This document shows positions 38,196-50,843 of a stretch of 64,000 nt of DNA, in pieces (the first letter of the stretch is position 1; each line of letters starts with the position of its first letter). This DNA is from Octopus sinensis (lineage: Eukaryota), in contig NC_043004.1 in assembly GCF_006345805.1 (NCBI RefSeq), positions 32,550,001 to 32,614,000 on the forward strand, read 5' to 3'. Below the pieces are notes generated by a model. It was not told where the DNA came from and did not search any database. It saw only the letters and a program-made list of their open reading frames with translations. A program made the translations under genes and the position numbers.

Positions 38196-38454
38196 TTGCA
38201 GCGTGGAAGGTGTTTGTAAGCCATTTAAGAAACACACAAAAACCGTTACATTCACTTCAACATTTAAATTTAATTTGCCAAAATATTTTCCTCGCTTTGA
38301 GACCGCGACCTGTTCACTGACAAAAATATCGTGCTAACAGGTCGCGGTCTCAAAGCGACGAAAATATTTTGGCAAATTAAATTTAAAAGTTGAAGTGAAT
38401 GTAACGGTTTTTGTGTGTTTCTTAAATGGCTTATAAACACCTTCAACGCTGCAA
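38196..38454. mobile_element. Foldback, ~119-bp arms, 21-bp spacer (duplicate at 40149-40407)
   Basis: ttgcagcgtggaaggtgttt..gaccgcgacctgtt / aacaggtcgcggtc..aaacaccttcaacgctgcaa. Confidence 0.85.
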
Positions 38455-38618
38455 CTGTTTTCGTTCCAGCACACGATCTCAGATCAAGTCACTTGCTATG
38501 CAAGTACATCTCTGTAACTATATATATATATTTATATATATATATATATGTATATTGGTAAAAACAGTAAGATAACAAAAGAAAGAAAGAGACCTCAATA
38601 TTATGTAAATAGAGGAAA

Positions 38619-39013
38619 TCTTTATATATAAAAGTGAGGTTGTGTGTCTGTCTCCTACGATTTAGATTCCTAACTACTCCCACATTTTGCGGTGCAGTTT
38701 AACCAAAACCGGGTATCTTATAGTCGTGATTCATATCGAGACCGTCTGGGTATTAGCGCGCGTGTACGATGAGTCTACGATTTAAAAAAAAATTTACCAT
38801 CAATTTTTCCCATTTTAAATCCATTTTTGACATATATAAGGGAAGTAACTCTCTAAAATTTATTATTAAATCTCAGAACGTAAAAAGCTACAGTAACACC
38901 CCTCCCCCTTTGTGGTTAGCCATATTGAGATGGCTATTATACTTTACATCTCTAAAAATGCTTATATAATTATTTCCCTTACAAACCCGAGCAACGCCGG
39001 GCGATACTGCTAG
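38619..39013 (+). mobile_element. Complete non-autonomous Helitron (H2, 395 bp)
   Basis: A|TC start, 3' hairpin cccgagcaacgccggg followed by CTAG|T. Confidence 0.8.
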
Positions 39014-39509
39014 TCTTATTATAAAAGGCAGATTTTATCTGCCTCCCTTTGTCAGTTATAGAAATCTACAATATAGGATTTCTTCAATTACAATTTACCT
39101 AGCATTTTAAAGAGTAGAATGCATCGGGTCATGTCAGGTCCAGTTTTTAAAATTTAAACTCCAATCGAGCAAAATTTACAGAAAACTCACATTCTGGTGT
39201 GTATGTCAAATGCTTTTCTTAATGTGGTTTACACCACACGCACACGCACACACACAGTGTGCAACGGATAAAATGAAAGTAATTCACTGTGTGTGTGTTG
39301 ACAGGTAGACAATAGAATGCGATGGCGATGGCGATGGCGATGTAATATTTGTTTCTGTCTATCACGCTGATAGATACATGAGTAAAATGTATGGCAAGCT
39401 AAGAGATAAGAGTGAGTGAAAATGTTCTTGGAAGAGAGTAAATAGCGACAGAGTGATTTGAGGAAGACTTTACATTAAATAACCGTAGTGGCTTGTATAT
39501 ATATATATA

Positions 39510-39790
39510 TATACATACATAAGACAGTAAGGTGTGATTTGAGGGAGATTTGGCTGCTATTTCTACCATGTCTAGCTGCCATGTAGGGGTCTCCCTCATA
39601 GGCTCATACATACATATATACATAGATAAGACAGCAAGGTGTGATTTGGGGGAAATTTGGCTGCTATTTCTACAAGGTCTAGCTACCATGTAGAGGTCCT
39701 CCTCGTTGGCTCATATATATATACATACATAAGACAGTAAGGTGTGATTTGAGGGAGATTTGGCTGCTGTTTCTACCAGGTCTGTTAGGC
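39510..39790 (+). repeat. Three tandem ~100-110-bp units beginning acataagacag(t/c)aaggtgtgatttg
   Basis: Direct reading; related dispersed copies near 8790 and 32120. Confidence 0.8.
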
Positions 39791-39825
39791 CTTCTCATGT
39801 AAACTCAAGCTTTCTCATGCCTTGA

Positions 39826-41418
39826 ACATAAGACCAAAGCAGAGAATGTATTCTTTTATTCTTCTGCTTTTTCCAGCCATTGGTCTGTGGCCATGCTGGG
39901 GCAATGCCTTGAAGAATTGTAGTTTAATGAATCAACTCCAGTTTTATTTTTGTAAGCATTGTACTTATTCTATCTGTTTCCTTTGTCAAACCACTAGGTG
40001 ACAGGGATGTAAACAAACCAACATTCGTTGTCAAGCAGTGGTGGAGGACAATCACAAGCACAGACACGCACACACACACACATACATGCATACACATATA
40101 CACACATACATACATACATACATATATATATATGTGTGTATATATATATTGCAGCGTGGAAGGTGTTTGTAAGCCATTTAAGAAACACACAAAAACCGTT
40201 AGATTCACTTCAACATTTAAATTTAATTTGCCAAAATATTTTCCTAGCTTTGAGACCGCGACCTGTTCACTGACAAAAATATCGTGCTAACAGGTCGCGG
40301 TCTCAAAGCGACGAAAATATTTTGACAAATTAAATTTAAATGTTGAAGTGAATCTAACGGTTTTTGTGTGTTTCTTAAATGGCTTATAAACACCTTCAAC
40401 GCTGCAACTGTTTTCGTTCCAGCACACGATCTCAGATCAAGTCACTTGCTATGCAAGTACATCTCTGTAACTATATATATTATATTATATATATATATAT
40501 GTATATTGGTAAAAAAGTAAGATAACAAAAGAAAGAAAGAGACCTCAATATTATGTAATAGAGGAAATCTTTATATATAAAAGTGAGGTTGTGTGTCTGT
40601 CTCCTACGATTTAGATTCCTAACTACTCCCACATTTTGCGGTGCAGTTTAACCAAAACTGGGTATCTTATAGTCGTGATTCATATCGAGACCGTCTGGGT
40701 ATTAGCGCGCGTGTACGATGAGTCTACGATTTAAAAAAAAATTTACCATAAATTTTTCCCATTTTTAATCCATTTTTGACATATATAAGGGAAGTAACTC
40801 TCTAAAATTTATTATTAAATCTCAGAACGTAAAAAGCTACAGTAACACCCCTCCCCCTTTGTAGTTAGCCATATTGAGATGGCTATTATACTTTACATCT
40901 CTAAAAATGCTTATATAATTATTTCCCTTACAAACCCGAGCAACGCCGGGCGATACTGCTAGTCTCTTATTATAAAAGGCAGATTTTATCTGCCTCCCTT
41001 TGTCAGTTATAGAAATCTACAATATAGGATTTCTTCAATTACAATTTACCTAGCATTTTTAAGAGTAGAATGCATCGGGTCATGCCAGGTCCAGTTTTTA
41101 AAATTTAAACTCCAATTAAGCAAAATTTACAGAAAACTCACATTCTGGTGTGTATGTCAAATGCTTTTCTTAATGTGGTTTACACCCACGCACACCACAC
41201 ACACAGTGTGCAACGAATAAAGTGAAAGTAATTCACTGTGTGTGTGTTGACAGGTAGACATAGAATGCGATGGCGATGGCGATGGCGATGTAATATTTGT
41301 TTCTGTCTATCACGCTGATAGATACATGAGTAAAATGTATGGCAAGCTAAGAGATAAGAGTGAGTGAAAATGTTCTTGGAGAGAGAGTAAATAGCGACAG
41401 AGTGATTTGAGGAAGACT
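39826..41418 (+). repeat. Copy 2 of ~1.6-kb direct duplication
   Basis: Start is offset 1961 bp from copy 1. Confidence 0.9.
40568..40962 (+). mobile_element. Complete non-autonomous Helitron (H2 duplicate)
   Basis: A|TC ... cccgagcaacgccgggcgatactgCTAG|T. Confidence 0.8.
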
Positions 41419-42737
41419 AAACTGAAAGTATTTCTATAAAACGGATCACTCATGCTATCAACATAATTTCTCCCACTTTCTCTTTGCAAGTGTACCTTAA
41501 ACCACTACTCAAAAAATAAAAAAAACACAGCAAACAGAAACAAATAAATACATAACGATTTACTCCTCACACAATTTCTTCAATTAGAGTTTACGTGCGT
41601 GAGTGTGTGTGTGTATGTGTGTGTGTGTTTGATGGGTTGTGCGATACAGAAAGTGTGGTGTGTAAGTGAAGTGCTTTTGTTAGTATGTGTAAAGAGACAG
41701 AGAGAGTGAAAGACAGAAATAACTGAACTTTTTTTATTCACTTTTTGTAGTGAGTGACTGAGAGAGAAAAGAGAGAGAGAGGTTATGTATGTATATATGT
41801 ATGTATGGCTTCAGTGACACACACACACAAAAACACATACCTACGTACACCTAAAGCACGCACACACACACACACAAGCGGAGCGCGAACTTCAAAATTT
41901 TGGTAGTATTAATTGCGAGCGTACTTCTAAGCGCGCGTAATTGAAAGTTTTCACTATGATATCACACGTGCGAAAAAATTCGAAAGGTTTTGAACAATTG
42001 AGATACAGATGTCACGCCTGTATTGAAACCATTGCTAAGCTGCCGTAATTGCTTAATTAAGACTTTGTTTAAATTGAAAGGGGCAAATATGTGACGACGT
42101 TGAAAAAAATACCCCAGAAAAAAAAATGTACTGCTGGTATTTATATAATTCACTACTATTTTGCTACAATGTCATGAAAAAGAAAAAATTTAGGTATGTA
42201 CAACATATATTATACATTTTTTCTATTCATTCAACGAAAATAAAAAAATCGAATTCGCCACCCCCTTTTCCCCGTTCGCGTTTGTGTAAAAAAAAATTAT
42301 TATTTAAGTTTTAAAAATTATTTACTTTGTTCAAAAAATATTAATATTAATTAATTTTCAAGAATTATTTAATTTTATTCTGTAAAATAGTAATTAATTC
42401 ATTTATCTGTAAATCCGCGAGGTTGTTACTCAGGCACCTAGAAATAGCAGCCAGATTTTTATATTCTAAATAATTTGCAATTTCAAAAAATATATTAATT
42501 TTGCGTTATTTAATTTGATAAATTCTACGGAATATTTTGCGCGTTATATACGTTCGCGTTTCTGTAAAAAAAAAGTAATTATTTAAGGGCGATCGAGTAT
42601 CGAGTACCTACCTCTGGCTCGCACGCGCGAATCCGCGTGTGCGCACCGGGACCACTCTGCGATACAAGTACCCATATATACATCCATACATACATGTGTG
42701 TGTGTGTCTATGTATGTGTATTAATGGTGTGTGGTTA

Positions 42738-43092
42738 TCTCTATATAAAGCTAAAGTTGTCTGTGTGCGCCACGTTTGGTAACCTTCAACTAACACTATC
42801 TCCTCCGAGACCCTGCGGCGCAAGTTGACCAAAATTGAGAGTATGATAGAAGAAGGGTTGCTCTTCCATCCGTAGAACATAAAATTCAAATCGGACCATG
42901 TTAACACCAAAAATTATTTACATCAAAAAGATGCTTTTTTCTATGAAAATCCCTATTTTTTACGATTTTTCACTGCTGTGTCGCCACTTTTCGGTGTATT
43001 TCGACCAGAAAAATGTTCACAAAATTTTACTTTTCAAAATTACAATTCCAGCGGGTCGAAACAAACCCGAGCAACGCCGGGCGATACTGCTA

Positions 43093-43093
<1 letters not shown>
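42738..43093 (+). mobile_element. Complete non-autonomous Helitron (H3, 356 bp)
   Basis: A|TCtctatataaag start; the 3' end acaaacccgagcaacgccgggcgatactgCTAG|T is identical to H2 but the body differs. Confidence 0.8.
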
Positions 43094-43134
<41 letters not shown>

Positions 43135-43625
43135 AAATCCGTTCTGTCTGTCTGTGTGTGTGTCTTCTAGGATATCGGGCATCCTCCATCCGATTGCTCT
43201 CAAATTTGATATGTAGATACCGACGGTATCAGGGCGTGTATAAGTCTTGAGAAAATTACAAAAATCGATTGTGTTCTCCCAGTCAACAGCCTTATCATTA
43301 CTGGTACTTTAAGCTCTTCGGTTGCATATTTGTGTGAATAAAATCGTTTTTCTTTGGAATAGAAAAATGTCTATCTTTATTTCTTCTTTTACTGGTGTCT
43401 CAAATTTAGGTTATATCAGTGTTTCTCAAAGGGGAGACCTATGGGACGGTCGGACAAGTTGTTTTGAGAAAATTTGGTTTAGATGTTTGACAACTCAGCA
43501 CCGTCCATTAGACGGTGGGGGGTCGTTTTGCTCGTATATATATATATTAATAATAATAATATGGCAACAAAAGAATAAATGAGACCACGATATCATGTAA
43601 AATAGAGGAATCTATCTATAAATAC

Positions 43626-43796
43626 AATATGTGACAATTAGTTGGTTGTCATAATAAAGCTCAAAGTTTCGAATGCCAAGACTGAAGCCTGCACCGGCAT
43701 CTCATCAGTTATTCTGATAAGATGTCGGAGGAGACTTCAGCCCCGGCATCCGAAACTCTGAGTTTTATTATGACGACGAACTAATTGTCACATATT
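43626..43796. mobile_element. Foldback related to 5531-5755, degenerate hammerhead motifs
   Basis: aatatgtgacaattag / ctaattgtcacatatt; minus arm CTGATGA..CGAAA. Confidence 0.7.
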
Positions 43797-44123
43797 TTAT
43801 ATATATATATACATTCCGAGTTCAAATTCCGCCGAGGTCGACTTTACCTTTCATCCTTTCGTCCTTACCAAGCCTAGAGTAGAAAAGGATATATATATTC
43901 ATACATACATGCATGCATACATACATACATACATACATACATACATACATACATACATACATACATACATACATACATACATGCGTGCATGCGTGCTTGT
44001 ATTCATGTCTACCTACTAACATACATATACGCACCTGTATATACCTGTGCTTTTTTGTACAAGCCCTCCTCCAAACTCCGGAGTATTGTGAACTATTAAT
44101 GTATTATATTGTATGTATGTATA

Positions 44124-44177
<54 letters not shown>

Positions 44178-44178
<1 letters not shown>

Positions 44179-44330
44179 GGCGCAGGAGTAGCTGTGGGGT
44201 AAGTAGCTTGCTTACCAACCACATGGTTCCGGGTTCAGTCCCACTGCGTGGTACTTTGGGCAAGTGTCTTCTGCTATAGCCTCGGGCCGACCAAAGCCTT
44301 GGAACCTGAAAGAAACCCGTCGTATATATG

Positions 44331-44362
<32 letters not shown>

Positions 44363-44570
44363 CGTGTGTGTTTGTGTGTCTGTGTTTGTCCCCCTAACCG
44401 ATGCTGGTGTGTTTATGTCCCTGTCACTTAGCGGTTCGGCAAAAGAGACCGATAGAATAAGTACTGGGCTTACAAAGAATAAGTCCCGGGGTCGAGTTGC
44501 TCGATTAAAGCTGGTGCTCCAGCATGGCCGCAGTCAAATGACTGAAACAAATAAAAAAGAGTAAAAGAGA
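44178..44570 (+). mobile_element. SINE family B, near full-length
   Basis: tRNA-like head (gggttcagtccc B-box), CORE-like ttgggcaagtgtctt, internal (TA)n(TG)n, 3' tail. Confidence 0.85.
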
Positions 44571-44610
<40 letters not shown>

Positions 44611-44643
44611 GTGTATGTAAATACATATATATATATGCATGTA

Positions 44644-44680
<37 letters not shown>

Positions 44681-45005
44681 ATATATATTATATATACACA
44701 TGTAAATATATATACAATGTGTGTGTGTGTGTGCGTGTGTCTGTGTGTGTATTAAAAGAGAAAACTGGAAAAGTTCGGTATAAATTTAATTCCAGGTAAA
44801 AATACACCAAGCTTTTCCCAGTCTTCTGTTTTGATATGCAATTACTCTGCAAATAGAATTCACTGGAAATTTCGAATGCTATGTATATCTTGTTCAAAAT
44901 AAAACATCCAAATACATACATTTGATTAATGTGAATATGCAGATGTGCTTTACGGGGACGCAGCTTGGATGGCCCCTTATCTATCTATCTATCTATCTAT
45001 CTATC

Positions 45006-45070
<65 letters not shown>

Positions 45071-45093
45071 CATACATGCATGCATACATACAT

Positions 45094-45150
<57 letters not shown>

Positions 45151-45178
45151 TATATATATATGTATGCATGCATGCCTG

Positions 45179-45232
<54 letters not shown>

Positions 45233-45264
45233 GTGTGTGTGTGTGTGTGTATATGTGTGTGTGT

Positions 45265-45625
45265 GGAGGTGCAATGGCCCAGTGGTTAGGGCAGGGGCCT
45301 CCCGGTGGTAGGATCGCGGTTTCGATTCCCAGACTGGGCGTCGTGAGTGTCTATTAAGCGAAAACACCTAAAGTCCGGCAGGGAGTGATGGCAACCCCTG
45401 TATTGTTTCACCAGAACTTTCTCTCACACTTTCTTCCTGTTTCTGTTGTGCCTGTATTTTAAAGGTCCAGCCTTGTCACACACTGTGTCACGCTGAATTT
45501 CTCCGAGAACTACCCTAACACTACACGTGTCCGTGGAGTGCTGAGCCACTTGCACGTTAATTTCACGAGCAGGCTGTTCCGTTGATTAGATCAACTGGAA
45601 CCCTCGTCGTCGTTGACGGAGTACC
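45265..45625 (+). mobile_element. SINE family C, full-length
   Basis: ggaggtgcaatggcccagtggttaggg..ggtttcgattcc..gacggagtacc. Confidence 0.8.
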
Positions 45626-45626
45626 A

Positions 45627-45666
<40 letters not shown>

Positions 45667-45686
45667 TATATACACATATATATACA

Positions 45687-45722
<36 letters not shown>

Positions 45723-46345
45723 TGTATGTATGCATGTATATATATATATATATATATTCTCTCCTTTTGAACGGGCTGGTGTTCCGGTATTTTCCTTTTA
45801 TCCTTATTTAATTGTTCGAAGGCGGCGAGCTGGCAGAAACGTTAGCCCGCCGGACGAAATGCTTAGCTGTATTTCATCTGTCTTTGTGCTCTGAGTTCAA
45901 ATTCCGCCGAGGTCGACTTTGCCTTTCATCCTTTCGGGGTCGATAAATTAAGTACCAGTTGCGTACTGGTCTAATCGACTGGCCTCCTTCCCTAAACTTA
46001 CGGGCCTTGTACCTAAAGAAGAAAAGTTTATTTGATTGTTCGTCCTTGTCTGTGCTGTAAAAGGTCTTTTTATATTTTTTGTTGGTCGTAATTATTCATA
46101 TCAGTATGTAATTCATGACGAAGAAGCTAATTTTTATTTCATGAAGAATTTTTCGTTTTTTTGTCTTTGGAATTAATTAGACTCCGAAACAATTTGTAGA
46201 ATTTATATTGGTTTTGTATCAACTTGGATTTGAATTAAAGATCGTCTACATCTATATATATGTATGTATATATATATATATATATATGTTTTGCTAGCCG
46301 CTAAGGCTTTTTAAAAATTCTCTCTCTGTTTATTTTCTCGTGTTC

Positions 46346-46381
46346 CTTTCTGTTGAAGAGCGTAGGCTCGAAACGTAAAAC
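46346..46381 (+). ncRNA. Variant-core minimal hammerhead-like motif
   Basis: CTTT CTGTTGA A GAGC gtag GCTC GAAA CG TA AAA; same family as 11433 and 21775. Confidence 0.4.
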
Positions 46382-47305
46382 ACATTCTCACCTTCCCGAG
46401 CGTTAAACTAATACCCTGCTTGTTGTTTAGTGACACTATAACAGGAGTGTAGAGCAAACGTTAGAACTAATCTGTGATGTAATGGACTCTTTAGCGGAGT
46501 CAGTTGCGTAGAAATGAGTTTGGTCATTCCTTCCCAAAATAAAACGGTAAGAGTAGGTGTGAGTGTGGACAGAGCACAGTCTAAATGGAATTTAGAAGAT
46601 ATCATTGACCCAGGCAGATCAGAACGGAGAGCATATGGTTTCCTCTCAACGCCACCATCGCTATTGCCTGCGAATCTTTTGGAATCGAATAGGTCTTTCT
46701 TAGAGTTCTTGATGCTGATGCTGATAATGGTAACGATGATAACGACGACGACGACTATGAACACGATCATTATCCTCCACCTCTCCACCACCTCCTCCTC
46801 CTGCACCTCCTTCTCCCCTCCTCCTCCTCCTCACTAATATCATCATCATCACCATCGTCGTCGTCGTCGTCATCATCCTCATCCTCATCGTCATCGTCAT
46901 CATCATCACCATCACCATTACAATTACCTTTCACTTCCTGTTGTCCCTATTTCATTACTTCCTGTTTCCTTTTCATCTGCAAAATCTATAGTCGTTTCCT
47001 TCCTCTGGTTTTCCTCCACCTTCCGTCTGTTTCGTTCTTATTCTTCTCTTTCTTTTTTCATTCTTTCTTTGTTTCTTTCTTTCTCTCCTTCTTCTTCTTC
47101 TTCCGCTCGTTCTTTTCCTTTTTTCCTCAGCCTCAGTTTTGTTCACTTCTCTTCTTCTTCTTATCTCTCCCCAGAAACAGATTTAAGTAGAAATCTATTC
47201 CTCTCTACCCACGCTTCTCCATTTCTTTCATTTTTCTTTCGAGGTTTCTAGTCCACGTTAAGTATGGTTAAATGAGTCACAGAGCTGCAGCTGGCCAGAA
47301 CAATA

Positions 47306-47355
<50 letters not shown>

Positions 47356-48252
47356 TGTGTGTGGTGTGTGTGTGTGTGTGTGTTGTGTGACACGAATACA
47401 CAGACACACACACATAGGTACATACATACGACAGGCTTCTTTCAGTTTCCGTCTGCCAAATCCACTCACAAGGCTTTGGTCGGCCCGAAGCTATAGTAGA
47501 AACACTTACCCGGGCGCCATGCAGTGGGACTGAACCCGGAATGTTATGTTTGGGAAGCAAACTTCTTACAACACAGCCACACCTGCACCTATTGTAGTTG
47601 AAAATTGTCCAGCAGTTATTTTAATCTAATTCTGCCACCGTTGCATATTTCGAATTTTTATTCAGCCTGTCGGCTAATTGCGCTATTTTCTTATATCGTT
47701 ACTGACGGATTTTGTCTTGGTATACAGTTGCCAGTTGATACTTGCTATGGACGAAGTCCTACAAGGCAGAAATGCGCATCTAGCAATGCTTCTGTTGCGC
47801 ACAACAATTAACCCCGTTTTGCTTACACTGATGCTGTCGTCTCACTTCGATCAGGGCACATCAGGACTCTGTCAGTAACAGAAGCATAATAAGAGTGGGG
47901 AGATACGCTTAAATATTTTTATATGTGAGATATATTATGATATATACGTGGCCTATGTACAAATCTAAAAAGAATACTCACAAGAATTGGTTTATTACGA
48001 AAAGAAGCTGATAATTTTTGTCTCAGTTCAGATAAAGTCAGTCGACCTAGCTATGAATAGGTATAAAATAGGACAAACAGTTAAGCGCTGACAGTTACAT
48101 ACTCATTATAGATATATTTATTAATCCATCCCAGCAGTTCACTGCTATATATTTATCGATTTTAGATGGGATGGGTTGAAGGCAAAGTCGATTTCGGTGG
48201 TATATGAAATTAGAGGGTAAATAGATCTAACCAAAAACCTAATATTAATAAT

Positions 48253-48306
<54 letters not shown>

Positions 48307-48315
48307 AACAATAAC

Positions 48316-48359
<44 letters not shown>

Positions 48360-48609
48360 TAGTAACAAGAGCACTCAGAGAGCGCAAACATCCGCCAAGG
48401 TAACACCAATGTTTTCACAACGATTAACCGGAGATGATTTTTAAAATGAAAATATCTGAAATAAACTTGACTGCTCTCACAAACAAGAATACTAAAAATG
48501 AACCCGACCGCTCTCAAAAATTAAATTAAAAAAACAGGAAAAATAATCCAGAATCATTGTCCGGTACCAGATCGATCCCAAAATCAAATCAGTTCGTGCC
48601 AGGCCCGAA

Positions 48610-49348
48610 ATTTTGGGGGAGGGGGGGGCCCAGTCGATTTGATCGATCCTAGTACGCGACTGGTACTTAATTTATCGATCCCGAAAGGATGAAAGGCAAA
48701 GTCGAACTAGGCGGAATTTGAACTCAGAACGTAAAGACAGACGAAATATCTATTTTTTTACTGCCCACAAGGGGCTAAACACAGAGAGGACAAACAAGAC
48801 AGACAAACGGATTAAGTCGATTATATCGACCCCAGTGCGTAACTGGTACTTATTTAATCGACCCCGAAAGGATGAAAGGCAAAGTCGACCTCGGCGGAAT
48901 TTGAACTCAGAACGTAGCGGCAGACGAAATACCTATTTCTTTACTACCCACAAGGGGCTAATCACAGAGAGGACAAACAAGGACAGACAAACGGATTAAG
49001 TCGATTATATCGACCCCAGTGCGTAACTGGTACTTATTTAATCGACCCCGAAAGGATGAAAGGCAAAGTCGACCTCGGCGGAATTTGAACTCAGAACGTA
49101 GCGGCAGACGAAATACCTATTTCTTTACTACCCACAAGGGGCTAAACACAGAGAGGACAAACAAGGACAGACAAACGGATTAAGTCGATTATAACGATCC
49201 CAGTGCGTAACTAGTACTTATTTAATCGACCCCGAAAGGATGAAAGGCAAAGTCGACCTCGGCGGAATTTGAACTCAGAACGTAGCGGCAGACGAAATAC
49301 CGCTAGGCATTTCGCCCGGCGTGCTAACGTTTCTGCCAGCTCGCCGCC
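48610..49348 (-). mobile_element. SINE family A tetramer
   Basis: Junctions gaaatacctatttc at 48926 and 49110 (184-bp period). Confidence 0.9.
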
Positions 49349-50074
49349 ATTTTGTTGTGTCTAAATTGAGAATATAATGAAGTTACTGTCGAGAGTATTG
49401 TTATAAATACTCACCAACATTGTCATATGATCTCCCCGTGTTTAATATTTAATCAAACGTTTTGTTTGTTGTGTCGGTGCAACTAATAAAATTTCATGTC
49501 TTAGTTTGGACAAACAACGTCTAAATTTCAACTATTCACTCTGTAAATATCGCTCTGCCAGTGTCACTGGAATCGGTCCACTTTTGTACAATTATCACTG
49601 CAGTCAAAAACTATTTGTTTGGACAAACAATACTATTGTTACCATCATAATCAGTAAACTTTGCTATTTTCTGCCTGGCATTTCACACATTCCTCTTTAG
49701 GAATGTCACTTGTTTCGATAAAGATTACAAAATAACTTTCAATTGCTTATGCAGATTAACCCCTCATCTTTCAGGTTAACAAATGCTCGGAACTCTCTTT
49801 TACAAGAGGTGAAGGTTGCCAGGCTGATATGGTTCTGGGCGATCAACGGAAAAGAACGATACGCCATATTCTGTTAGAAGGGTTTAATCCCAACCCAGCT
49901 GATAAACAATAAACAGACCTTGTAACGGCGAAGTCAATGCAGTCATCATAGGCAGTGTACCGGGTCCTATAATATTCAATTATTGACAGCAGACCATAGC
50001 ATGCTCAGATTAGAATTGGGCCCCTGGACAATTGCTTAGTCTGGCTATGCCTTAAGACGGTATTGAGTGAAGTA

Positions 50075-50489
50075 TAAGGCGGCGAGTTGGCAGAATCGTT
50101 AGCACGCCGGGCGAAATGCTCAGCGGTATTTCGTCTGCCGTTACGTTCTGAGTTCAAATTCCGCCGAGGTCGACTTTGCTTTTCATCCTTTCGGGGTCGA
50201 TAAATTAAGTACCAGTTACGCCCTGGGGTCGATATAAGCGACTTAATCCGTTTGTCCTTGTTTGTCCTCTTTGTGTTTAGTCCCTTGTGGGTAGTAAAGA
50301 AATAGGTATTTCGTCTGCCGTTACGTTCTGAGTTCAAATTCCGCCTAGGTCGACTTTGCCTTTCATCCTTTCGGGGTCGATAAATTAAGTACCAGTTACG
50401 CACTGGGGTCGATATAATCGACTTAACCCGTTTGTCTGTCCTTGTTTGTCCTCTCTGTGTTTAGCCCCTTGTGGGTAGTAAAAAAAATA
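50075..50489 (+). mobile_element. SINE family A dimer with 16-bp TSD
   Basis: ggtattgagtgaagta at 50059-50074 and 50490-50505. Confidence 0.9.
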
Positions 50490-50663
50490 GGTATTGAGTG
50501 AAGTACTGTAAGACACTGCAGTGCCGTGTTCAACTCAGTTTGTAATCACGGTCAAAAGATCTCACTGGTTTCGTATATATGGGGTTCAGACAAAATATAT
50601 CCTCTCAGAAGATATTCTAGTCCCACTCCCGTTCAATTGAAACACAAAATCCTATTTTAAATA

Positions 50664-50843
50664 CTATATTTACTCATGTATAAGTTGCAGTATTTTAGAT
50701 TTGATTTTAACAGAAACCCCCACCCACCAAACGACTTATTCACGACTTATTCACGGGACAAAGCTAAAATTATGAAGGGGATTAGTTTCGTAGAATGATT
50801 TAACACTAAATTAGAGGCGAGACTTATACACGAATAAATACGG
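50664..50843. mobile_element. pogo/Tigger-type MITE (~180 bp)
   Basis: Imperfect TIRs ctatatttactcatgtataagtt / gacttatacacgaataaatacgg (18 of 23 match). Confidence 0.6.

Larger units (their letters stand above)
37865..39469 (+). repeat. Copy 1 of ~1.6-kb direct duplication
   Basis: Near-identical to 39826-41418 (SINE B tail, foldback, Helitron H2, Helitron H1 5' part). Confidence 0.9.

Noticed and set aside
46408-46837. 132-aa minus and 107-aa plus ORFs
   Set aside because: They are partly triplet microsatellite, with no recognisable domain or consistent splice pair.
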